55,945 nucleotides of DNA from Chiloscyllium plagiosum. Its lineage: Eukaryota. The position numbers and the translations under genes are program-made. A model generated the notes under the pieces. That model was not told where the DNA came from. It ran no database searches and worked only from the letters and a program-made list of their open reading frames with translations. The stretch covers positions 10,477,478 to 10,533,422 of the forward strand of contig NC_057750.1 of NCBI RefSeq assembly GCF_004010195.1. Reading direction: 5' to 3'. This document shows, in pieces, positions 35,649 to 46,705 of the stretch (position 1 is the first letter of the stretch; the number at the start of each line of letters is the position of its first letter).

Positions 35649-36391
35649 GTAAGAAGGGGTTGAGCTGAGGTGGGGTTTGAGAGCTGGGGTTTATTGCACT
35701 AAGGCATGCAGAGCAATTTGGTTGCTTTTTTTTTAAACTTTGCATCTTGTTGCTTTTGTAGTGGGAAGTGTCTATGTAAACTCGTCACATTATAAATAAA
35801 TCCACTCACCAGCAGTGAAGCTGCAGTACACAGAGCTCTCCTGTGATGTTTTCTGGGTGTGAACCTGCTTTCCCTACAAGGATATAGGAGGGACTGTGGT
35901 TTTGCCCAAAGGTCCCCATGCAGGCTGCACACAGGTTAAGCCTTTACATTAATGAACGTGTGAAAAGGCTGCAAGGAACTGGGTTCTTAACTCGCTAATA
36001 TAGTGAGAAATAGATACTGCAGGAAAGTCTGAGGAGCACCCTTGAGACCCTGTGCTTGTGCTGATGTCACAGCAGGAGACCTGACACAAGAGTGCCGGGT
36101 GATCCTGTGGATCAGCGTTGATCTCCTGGGTTTGGTTCCAGCTCAGCTGGAATCTCCCTGTATGATCCTGTAAATTTCTGTCTTTCTTATGATAGGGCTA
36201 TAGAATCCTTGCTGTTTTGGACTTCAGGACACATGTGCACATCTTCCAAACAATACCACACTGAGAAGACGAACGTACGCGGGGTCAACTCAGAACTCAA
36301 TAACATAGTGGCACTCAACTAGCAGGCTTGCTGAGGGAAAGGCCCAGGTGTGAGAATTGTGGGTCTTGGGGTTCAACAGCATTGTTTACAC

Positions 36392-37250
36392 AGTGTAGAG
36401 GAAGCTTTAGTCTGTATCTAACCTCCGTGTTGTACCTATCCAGGGAGTGTTTAATGGGGACCGTGTCGATGAAGCTTTGTATCTAACTTGTGCTGTCAAT
36501 GTAGAGCGTTGTTTCAGTGTAACAGCGTAGAGAACGCTTTACCCTGTATTTAATCCCATGCAGTACCTGTTCTAGGAGTGTTTGGGGACAGTGTCTAGAC
36601 AGCTTTATCTGTCTCCAACCCTGTGCAGCACCAGTTCTGCAAATGTTTGATGTTAACAGTGTCAAGACAGATTGTGTTGCTGGAAAAGCGCAGCAGGTCA
36701 GGCAGCATCCAGGGAACAGGAGAATCGACGTTTCGGGCATAAGCCCTTAAGAAGGGCTTATGCCCGAAACGTCGATTCTCCTGTTCCCTGGATGCTGCCT
36801 GACCTGCTGCGCTTTTCCAGCAACACATTTTCAGCTCTGATCTCCAGCATCTGCAGACCTCACTTTCTCCTCAAGACAGATTTACTCTATGTAACCCCGT
36901 GCTGACCCTGTCCTGGGAGTGTTTGATGGGCCAGCACTGAGGACCTTTTACTCTCTGTTTTAAAAGAGTAGAGGGAGCTTCACTCTATATCTGACCCCAA
37001 GCTGTACTTGACCAGAGAGTGTTTAATGGGGACAGTATGTAGAGTGCTTTACATTCAGTTCAAAAGGGTAGAGAGAACTTCTCTTTTAAGAGTAGAGAGG
37101 CATTACTGTGTGCTGTCCCTATTCTGGGGGTATTTGATAAGGACAGGGAAGTGGGAGTTTTACTTTGTACCTAATCCCAAGCTGTGTGTGTTTAGGGACA
37201 GTGTGGTAGGAGCTTTACTTTCAGTTTAAGAGTAGAGGGAGCTTTAGTCG
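36392..37250 (+). repeat. Degenerate ~69-bp minisatellite
   Basis: Inferred consensus ~GTGTAGAGGGAGCTTTACTCTGTATCTAACCCCGTGCTGTACCTGTCCTGGGAGTGTTTGATGGGGACA, repeated and partly truncated. Confidence 0.85.
36674..36870. mobile_element. Young PLE family A palindrome
   Basis: ~75-bp perfect inverted arms centred at ~36750; 12-bp TSD TCAAGACAGATT at 36662-36673 and 36871-36882. Confidence 0.92.
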
Positions 37251-37439
37251 AACTGCACTTAACTTCTGTTCTACCTCACTCGGGGGCACTTTGGCTAGAA
37301 TTGCAATTGGTTTGGTTTTCGCAAACCCCTCTCATATTGAGGTTGTAAAAAAATATAACTAGTCTGATGAAAAGAGAAGTGGAGTGCAACTATGAACATT
37401 CAGAGTAGTGACAGATGCTGTTTTTATGCAGAAGTTAAT

Positions 37440-37790
37440 GTTGCAAATAAGAGCACTGAAGGGAAGTATACCCTTAATAGTAAAGTTCTTCCGAATGGTG
37501 GAACAGTGAGATCTGGGGCTGACTGTAATCTTTAATTCTGAGAGTGCTCATAAAGTAAGTTTCTGGGCTGTACCGCTCCTCGTAGCATTAGGAATGAAAC
37601 CACGGAAGCGAAGCTGAATTAGTGCAAGATGTTGGTTAGACCACATTTGAGGTATTGCATGCAGGTCTGGGCATCTCAATATAGGAAGGATTAGGGTGAA
37701 GAAAAGGGACCAAAAACAGGTGAATACAAAGGAAACCTTTTGAGGAATTGGGGATTTCCTCAATGGAGTGGAAGTGGGAAAGAAGTGAAC
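37440..37790 (+). mobile_element. Degenerate CR1 ORF2 fragment
   Basis: TTGGTTAGACCACATTTGAGGTATTGCATGCAGGTCTGG translates as LVRPHLRYCMQVW. Confidence 0.75.
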
Positions 37791-37880
37791 CTAAGGATCT
37801 GGGATGCAGCAATGGTGGATATGTGAGGTCACGAGGATCTCTAAGATGTACTGAACCAGCTTTCTTGCCTATAATAACTT

Positions 37881-38011
37881 TAAAAATCACACAACACCAG
37901 GTTGTAGTCCACTAGGTTTCGGAGCACCGCTCCTTCACCAGGTGGTCCACAACCGAAAGCTAGTGTAACTTTTAACTTTGTACACCCCAGTCCAACACTG
38001 GCATCTCTAAA
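37881..38011. mobile_element. Short PLE family B inverted remnant
   Basis: AAAAATCACACAACACCAGG...CGAAAGCTAGTG...CCCCAGTCCAACACTGGCATCTC. Confidence 0.75.
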
Positions 38012-38522
38012 TTATAATGATTTTATAATCGTCTAATCATAGGAACCAGAGGCCATTCATCCTCTTGGCTGTCTTCTGCAATTTGATCAGATCATGGCTG
38101 ATCTTTAATTGCATCCAAGGTTTCGTATTGTTTATACCCTTGAGTCTCAATTAAAATTATTAATCAAGACTTAATGGTTGGGTGGGGGGGGGCATGGTAA
38201 TTGGTGAAAAATTGTTTCTCGTGGTAAATTGACAACAATGAGATGGGAGTTTAGTATTGGAAGAATTGTTTGGAATATTGATTGCTTTGCTTTGTCATGT
38301 TTTGTTATGGAGGACAGAGACTATGAACGTTTTAAGTGTGTGTCATTTGCGGCAGCACGTAAACAGACATAGGAGACTGATTTGAAGCAAACAGCTCCAG
38401 CGTGGAGAACCGTTACCAACACAGCCGTAAGAGGCAGAAGCACCTCCTAGACTAACATTCCATTAGGCCTCTGAGTTATATCAGGAATTCTCATCAATGA
38501 GATCATTTCTTAATTTTTGCAG

Positions 38523-38625
38523 GTACAATTACTCAAAACTGGAGTTGTCCAGAAACTGGAGGTTTTTGGATTGTGCCTTGCGTACTACTTTTTAAGATTT
38601 TATTCAACGTATCCAGCACCTTCAG
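38523..38625 (+). other. Candidate internal exon (103 nt)
   Basis: Acceptor TTCTTAATTTTTGCAG|G and donor CAG|GTAGGT; non-repeat sequence. Confidence 0.6.
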
Positions 38626-38851
38626 GTAGGTGCTGGATGTATCCCCTTTGTCACTTCCACGTTGCTCTGTTTCCATGCTCTGAGCACCATTGACTCCCAT
38701 CCATGAGCTTCCAATGGGCCTGACCTGATATTCAGCATGATTTCAGTTCCTGAGATTGCTGGTTTTGTGTTTTTTAATTTGTTTGTGGGATGTAGGTGTC
38801 ATTGTTAGTCCAGCATTAATTGTTCAAATGGTAATCAAGAGTCAATCACAT

Positions 38852-39188
38852 GGGATGGCACAATGGCTCAGTGGTTAGCACTGCTGCCTCACAGCGCCAG
38901 GGACCCGGGTTCGATTCCAGCCTTTGGCGACAGTCTACATTCTCCCCCCGTGTCTGAGTGGGTTTCCACTGGTGCTCCAGTTTCCTCCCGCAGTCCAATG
39001 TGGTGCAGGTTAGGTGAATTGGCCATGCTAAATTGCCCATAGTGTTCAGGGACCTGTAGGTTAGGTGCATTAGTCAGGAGTAAATATAGGGTAGGGGGGA
39101 ATGGGTCTGGGTGGGTTATTCTTCAGAGAGTTGGTGTGGACTAGTTGGGCCGAATGGCCTTTTTCCACACTGTGTAGAGTTTCTATGA
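38852..39188 (+). mobile_element. HE1 SINE
   Basis: Full head, V-domain and tail. Confidence 0.92.
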
Positions 39189-41057
39189 TGATCATCGCTA
39201 TGCGTCTGGAGTCACAGGTAGGGATTGCAGATTTTGCTGTCTAAGGGGCATCAGCAACAACATTCAAAAGACATTTGGACTGGTACATATTGAAAAAGTT
39301 TGGGGTATGGGTCAAAGGTAGGTAATGGGACTAGTTCAGTTTAGGAAACCTGGTCGGCATGGACGAGTTAGACCGAAGGGCCTGTTTCCATGCTGTATGA
39401 CTCTATTACTGAGTTTTTACAATAATCGGTAGTAATTTCATAGTTTCCATGAGCTTTGTTTTTAATTGCAAGTTTTAAAAGAATGCAAATTTCACCATCT
39501 GCCATGGAAGGATAAACCCATTTTCTTAAAATATTTGTCTGGGAGTACTGGATTACTAGGCCAGTAACATTACCACTACACTGCAGCTTCCCCTTGTAAC
39601 TGTGTATCTGTAAATGTATGTTGCACTCAATACATGCATGTAGCAAAGTGAATGTCTGCTTCAGACCGATCACAGTGAAGGACTGTAATGCTCTCCTGTA
39701 TGTCCAAGTTGATCCAAAATCTCTACTGAATGCCAACGGCTGTATCAACTATTTACTTAGCTGGCAGTATTCATATCATTTTGTGCTATAAAGAGGTTCC
39801 ACAGAGTTACATATGGGGTGTGTGTGACTTGGTGGGGTGCTGTGTGTGTGTAGCAGGGGGATGTGTGCGAGTATATATGTAGACATTACATCAGATTTTG
39901 GCAGGTTGAAACTAGCCTCAGCAGTTACCATATACATGTGCGTGCTGTGAAGTGTAGATGGTATCTGCTGTTTATACAGTGTTTCCTCTGCACTTTTTAT
40001 TATTGGAAAGCAACAGCACTGAATGCTGTTTGTCAGACTTCTAGTCACAGAAGTAGTCAGAGAGTCCAAAAATCTGTTCTGCACTCTGACCCAGTGGGGA
40101 ATCTCTGTTAGTTTTAATTTCCCAGGGCTACATCAACAGGAATGTTTGTCATTTTTATTTCACAACTGGTGGAAGACAGCAGGTGAATTTAAGGGAAGAG
40201 TGACTTGCATTTCTGTTGAGTTTTTCACATTGTCAGGATTATCTGGAAGAGCCTTTAAGCGTTCTGGGGGACATCAGTTATATGTGCACAGCAACAGTAG
40301 CTTACACTCATGTAGCACCTTTTTAAAGCAATAAGCTGTAAACAGGGTCTTTACGGTCGCACAAACTCTGACATAGAGCCAGATCAGATGACCATAAGCT
40401 TTAATGATCTGGTCGTGATAAAGGAGAAAAGTGGGGTGAAGATGTACAGAGAACGATGTACAGGAACTGAAGGTGTGGTCACCAGTGGTGATGCAATTAA
40501 AGTTTGTGGGCATGCAAGACAGAGGGATGTGTGTGGCTGTAGATTTTACGTTGGTTAAACGATAATAGTTGGGCAAGATAGCAGGAGAATCTTTCACGTT
40601 GGAGTCAGGCTGTGAAGCTGCTTCTGCTCACTGAAGACGCAGATGAGGTCTTTGTTCAACATCTCATCAAAAGGAAGATGCCTCTTACCGAGTGCAGCAC
40701 TCCCTTGGTGCTGTCAAGTCAGCCTAATTAATGTGCTTAAGGACTGCCATGGGACTTGAACCGACAGCTGTCTGACTTAGAAAGCAGAATCTTGAGCTGA
40801 TGAGAGCTGACAACAAATTTGTGTTTTATTTGCAAATGCTGATCTGTTTAATGGAACCTGAATTTGGTCAGTTATCCAGTGCTGGCATTGGCTTGTACGA
40901 GCTGAGAGGGAAGGGATGTATCTATGGCAAGCCAATTTGTTGCCACATGAGAGGGACTGTGAAGAGATTTCTCTGGACCACTTCATTGAGTATGTGTATA
41001 ATTTCATGCTAAGACTAAGTAATTGTCCTTCTTAATTACGCACTTATTACTAAGTTG

Positions 41058-41373
41058 GAGTAGCATGGTGACCTGGTTAGCACTGCTGCCTCAGCTACAG
41101 GGTCCCAGGTTCGATTCCAGCTTCTGGCAACTGTCTGTGTGGAGTTTGCACATTCTCCCTGTGTCTGCGTGGGTTTCCCCCAGGTACTCCGGTTTCCTCC
41201 CACAGTCCGAAGATGTGCAGGTCAGGTGAATTGGCCATGGGAAATTGCCCATAGTGTTAGGTGCATTAGTCAGCGGGAAATGGGTCTGGGTGGGTTACTG
41301 TTTGGATGGTCAGTGTGGACTGGTTGGGCCGAAGGGCCTGTTTCCACACTTGTGGGAATCTAATCTAATCTAA
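41058..41373 (+). mobile_element. HE1 SINE
   Basis: Head, V-domain, tail ending AATCTAATCTAATCTAA. Confidence 0.92.
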
Positions 41374-42633
41374 GTTCTGTTTAGAGTCTAATGATGACTG
41401 TGAAACTGTTAGCTATTATTGGAATAGCCCATCTAATTTCTTTTAGGGAAGAATTCTGCTGTCTTTACCTGGACTGGCCTATATTTGACTCCAGACCCAC
41501 CACATTGTGGTTTATTCTTAACTGCCCTCTGGGCACTTAGAGTAATATCTACATCCTGTGACTCAATAAAAGGGAAAAACACCTCTATCAAGGTGGGAGT
41601 TACAGAAATACACTCAGAAAATTGTCTTTTTTTTTACAGTCAACAAAGTATGTTTCATTAGCAAACTGTGTGCATAGTCTGTACCAACAACAGCAAACAA
41701 AACACAACGAGCTATAGCAACGTCTCCTGATAGGACCAGTTCTCCAGCAAAATGAAGAGAGTTAGATAATGCAAATGGTGTACCAAGTCAATCCCAGTCA
41801 TTTATTGCAGTGCTTGGACATTACCAACCAGGGTTCTTCAAACTGAGTAGGAATATTCATATGATTTCATGCAGACTCATTTGCTTGCAAAATTAATAGG
41901 GCAGTCAGAATAAAAGTAGAGAGAGAGAGAGAGAATCTTAGCACAGAATCTAGCCATGTCACCCACTGTATCTGTACAATCTACAACTATCCCATTCTCA
42001 AGTCCCATAATATTTTATAGTTAACTTTGAGCTAACAAACAGTGAAATTTACAACTGATCTTGGGGGAACCTGTTTGGGAGAGGTCACATCACAGAAACA
42101 GATAAGTGCACAATTATTCTACAATACTGAGTAGATTGGCTTCTTCCTTGATTCAATGTTTCATTGAGATCTGTATCTTGTTTAAATTTTTAAAATATAA
42201 GCCATAAGTATTAGGTTAGCCTGGAGCAGTGTTTTTTTTAAGAGCAATAAGAAAGTGCAATTTTCTGCGTCTGGACATTGTGAAGGAGCAAAAATGGCCT
42301 TGAGTAGAGTGATATGCTCTTCCTATCAGATGTGGGAGTTTAGGGAGAGTTTACAAGTTACTGAGGATTATATCTGCAATAAATGCCATTGGTTGTGAAA
42401 TGGATCGGTTGGAGCGACAGTTAGAGGCAATGAGGAATTTACAAAAGCAAGGGGTGGGATGGAAGGCAGTTATAGGAAGGGAGAAAAGCAGCAGATATAG
42501 TCAGGTGGAAGGGTTAACTCCAGGAAAGGTAGGAGAGGGAGGCAGGTAGTACAAGAGTCTTCTGTGGCTATCCCCATTTCAAACAAGTATGCTGTTTTGG
42601 AAAATGTAGGGGGTGATGGACTCTCGAGAATGT

Positions 42634-42834
42634 AGGTCTGCGTGGGTTTCCTCCGGGTGCTCCGGTTTCCTCCCACAGTCCAAAAAATGTGCAGGTCAGG
42701 TGAATTGGCCAGGCTAAATTGCCCGTAGTGTTAAATGTAGGGGAAGGGGTATGGGTGGGTGTGCTTCGGCGGGTCGGTGTGGACTTGTTGGGCCGAAGGG
42801 CCTGTTTCCACACTGTAAGTAATCTAATCTAATC
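42634..42834 (+). mobile_element. 5'-truncated HE1 SINE inside CR1 ORF1
   Basis: GTCTGCGTGGGTTTCCTCCGGGTGCTCCGG...TAATCTAATCTAATCT. Confidence 0.9.
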
Positions 42835-43718
42835 TGGTACCAAACGATCGATTATGTTTGGGGACTCTCTAGTCAGAGGCACAGACAGATATTTCTGCAT
42901 CTAGCAGCGAAAAATCAGAATAGTGTGTTACCTCCTTGGTGCCTGCATCAAGGATGTTTCAGAGAGGGTATAGAATATTCTCAAAATGGAGAGGGACCAG
43001 CAGGAAGTTATTGTACACATTGGAACCAATGACAGAGGAAGGGAAAAGGTTGAGATTCTGAAGGGCGAATATAGAAAGTTAGGCAGAAATTTAAAAAGGA
43101 GGTCCTCTAGGGTAGTACTATCTGGATTACTCCTGGTGCTACGAGGTAGTGAGGGTAGGAATAGGAGAATAGAGCAGATGAACCTGTGTGGCTGAATACT
43201 GACAGGAAGATTTGCTAGAGCTGCTCGGGAAGATTAGTAAGCTGGGGGTTGGGACCCAGGGAGATAATGAGGAAAGAGAACAATCTGAGACTTGTACAGT
43301 TGAGAAAAGAAGCAAGTCAAACATTCAGAGCAGGCAGGGACAAAGCAGAGAACAAGGTAGGACTGATAAATTAAACTGCATTCATTTCAATGCAAGAGAA
43401 GTAACAGGGAAGGCAGATGAACTCAGGGCATGATTAGGAACATGGGACTGCGATATCATAGCAATTACAGAAATGTGGCTCAGGGATGGATAGGACTGGC
43501 AGCTTAATGTTCCAGGACACGCATGCTCTAGGAAGGATAGAAAGGGAGGCAAGAGAGGAGGGGGAGTAGCGTTTTTGATCAGGAATAGCGTTACAGCTGT
43601 ACTGAGGGAGGATATTCCTAGGACTGAGAAATAAGAAAGGGATGATCACCACCTTATTGAGATTGTATTAGAGTCAGCAGGAAATAGAGAAAGAAATTTG
43701 TAAGGAGATTTCAGTTAT

Positions 43719-44025
43719 GATTAGATTAGATTCCCTACAGTGTGGAAACAGACCCTTCAGCCCTACCAGTCCACACCGACCCTCAGAAGAGTAACCCACC
43801 CCCCTCTGGCTAATGCACCTAACACTATCGGCAATTTAGCCTGGCCAATTCACCTGACCTGCACATCTTTGGACTGTGGGAGGAAACCGGAGCACCCGAA
43901 GGAAACCCATGCAGACATGGGGAGAATGTGCAAACTCCACACAGACAGTCACCCAAGGCTGGAATCGAACCTGGGACCCTGGTGCTGAGGCAGCAGTGCT
44001 AACCACTGAGCCACCGTGCCGCCCT
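43719..44025 (-). mobile_element. HE1 SINE inside CR1 ORF2
   Basis: Full-length reverse complement ending GCCACCGTGCCGCCC. Confidence 0.92.
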
Positions 44026-45269
44026 TAAGAAATGCGGATTTAGATGGAGAGGTATTTATTAAGTGTGTACAAGAAAATTTTCTGATTCAGTATGTTGATG
44101 TACCTAATAGAGAAGGTGCAAAGCTAGGGAGGTATAGAATGTAGGGAAATAGATGGTGACATCTTGAAAAATATCTGTATTACACAGGAGGAGATGCTGA
44201 GTGTCTTGAAATGCATAAAGGTGGATAAATCCCCAGGACGTGATCAGGCGTACCCTCAAACTCTGAGTGGAAACTCAAGAAGCATTGCTGGGCCCCTTGC
44301 ATTTTTATTTGCATAATTTTTATTTATGATATTTGTATCATTGATAGTCATAGGTGAGGTGCTGGAAGACTGGAGGTTGGCAAACGTGGTACAACTGTTT
44401 AAGAAGGGTGTTAAGGACAAGCCAGGGCACTATAGACCGTTGAGCCTGTCATTGGTGGTGGGCAAATTGTTGGAGGGAATTGTGAGGGGCAGGGTTTATA
44501 CGTATTTGGAAAGGCGAGGGATAGTCAACATGGCTTTGTGTGTGGGAAATCATGTCTCACAAACTTAATTGAGTTTTTTGAAGAAGTAACAAAGAGGATT
44601 CATGAGGGCAGAGCGGTGGACATGGTCTATAGGGGGCAGTTGAGAGTTGACGTGCACCATCTTCCTCCCTGAAATCAGATGTAACTGCTTCAAATCATTT
44701 TGCTGTCATCTGAATTTTTGTCAATTTCATATTTAATTAAAGATTGCAAAATGTTTCCGACCACAGATGTTGAGGAGAAAAATGTTGGTCTGTAATTACC
44801 TAGGTTAGTACTGTCTGCATCTGAAATTACTCTGCAGCTTGGGAAGTCTAGAACTTGTAAAACTTTCCTCCTAGAAGGTCTGTGTCTAAATGTTTTTTCC
44901 AGGAACAAAATGGTGTGTCCTCTTATTGTTTTGGATTTACCATTAACCTTTGGAACATGCTGACCACTGTGCGCAGAACCTCCGAACTGCTGCCCAGAGT
45001 TGATGCTGGGTCAATTATTAATTTAATTCTGAGACTGATATCTTAATACCTTTGGGTGACAGAAAAATATATGGGGTAAAAGTGGACACATAGGTTCATG
45101 ATTGACTCGTGTGGCTGCGCTGACTGTGTGGCAGAACAGGCTTAAGGGTTAAAATTTCATCCTCCAGTTCCTATAGATACCACAATTGCAATGCCGTGGT
45201 TCCCTCCATTGACACTAACATCCTGGGAGATCATTTTTGTGACCCCTGCTATTTCGTAGTCTCGTCGAA

Positions 45270-45950
45270 AAGTTACATAGGAAGACCAATTCAATCTATC
45301 ATGTTCACGCTGGCTCTACGCAAGAACACTGCCATTAGTTCCAATCCCCTACCTTTTTTTCCCCCGTAGTGCTGCAATTTTTTTCTCTCTCTTGGATAAT
45401 TGTCCGATTCTCTTTTGAAATCCCCGTTTGAACCTGCCTCCGCTGCACTCTCGGGCAGTGCATTCCAGATCCTAACCACTCGCACATAATGTTTTCCTTC
45501 TGTTTTTGTTTCTTTTGCCAATTGCCTTGAATTGGCTTCCTTTGGTTCTTTTCCCTTTTGACAAATGTAAGCAGTCTCGCCTATCTTCTCTCTAGATCCA
45601 TCGCCTAAAGCTTTCAACCTTCTCCAATCTATTCACACCGGGGTCCCTCATCCTGGTAACGCTTTCATAAATGTTTTTTGTATGTTCTCTGCCTTCACAT
45701 CACTCCTAAAGTACAGTGCCCTGAATTAGACACGACATTCACTTGAAGCCAAATTTGAGCTTTGTAACAATTCAGTGTGATAGCTTTCTTGCTTCTGTAC
45801 CCACACACTACTGTTTATAACATCCAGGATCCCATATGCCTTGTTTTCTCAACCTTTCTGGCTACCTTCGGTAATTTGTACACATACACCCAAATCCCTC
45901 TGCTCCTCCATGCGCTTTAGAATTGTATCTGTTATTTTTACATTGTTTTC
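45270..45950 (-). mobile_element. Degenerate CR1 3' fragment
   Basis: VRVVRIWNALPESAAEAGS (45291-45617) and EEQRDLGVCVQ (45849-46148). Confidence 0.85.
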
Positions 45951-46542
45951 CTTGTTTCTTGACTGCTTCCTGCATTGTTTTATCATTGATGGCACGTTGT
46001 CCTCCATTAACTTCTCTGAGATTGTCCTTCCATATGAGCTAATTCTACAGAGTCCCATGCCAGACTGTGATTTATGTTTTACATTCTTGATCCACCAGAG
46101 GATCTTCCATTGATTAATTCGGTCCGATGAATATGGGCCTTCTGCCATTGATGAAGATGGAAAGATTGGGTGGGGCTGTGTACTTTCCCTGAAGGCATCA
46201 TCTGTAAGTGTTGCAATGGGATGGCAAACACCCAGCCTCTGCTGTTAGGGAAATGCAAAGATGCCACAGTAGGTTGGCTTCACCCAAATTCGAGATAAAC
46301 TATTTAGACCAGACCAAACCCTATTGCTTTTGATGATTCCCTGGAATCCACTGACAATGATGAAACATCACTGCTGTAATGGTTCTTGAGCTTGTGGTGA
46401 ATTCTGCTTTTTTTTAAAAAGAGTATTCTTTGATGCTATCTATCATAAAGTGACTTAGAATGTGTAGAAACTGGCTACCTGACCAACAACCGCCATCTCT
46501 CACCTGATTTCATCTAACCCAAACCAACGTAACTTTCGATTC

Positions 46543-46705
46543 GGAAAGAACGGCAGATGCTGTAAATCAGAGAGACAAACCAAAGTTGCTGGAAAAGCTC
46601 AGCAGGTTGGAAGACTGGTCACATGACCCGAAACAGTAACTCTACTTTCTCTTCACAGTTGCTGCCAGACCTGCTGAGCTTTTCCAGCAGCTTATGATTT
46701 TGTCT
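46543..46705. mobile_element. PLE (family D-like) inverted pLTR remnant
   Basis: GCTGGAAAAGCTCAGCAGG inverted to CCTGCTGAGCTTTTCCAGC; 14-bp TSD with 2 mismatches at 46529-46542 and 46706-46719. Related single arm at ~47382-47481. Confidence 0.8.

Larger units (their letters stand above)
42294..44632 (+). mobile_element. CR1 LINE with remnants of ORF1 (Cys-rich N-terminus plus SGNH/GDSL esterase) and ORF2 (APE endonuclease, start of RT); internally deleted
   Basis: MALSRVICSSYQMWE...YICNKC; GDSLVRG; EVIVHIGTND; KLNCIHFNAR; RKDRKGGKRGGGVAFLI; EDWRLANVVQLFKKG..DKPGHYRPLSL. Confidence 0.9.

Noticed and set aside
41557..42089. Possible LTR bounded by TGTGAC...GTCACA
   Set aside because: There is no matching TSD and the left end overlaps a SINE tail; evidence is insufficient.
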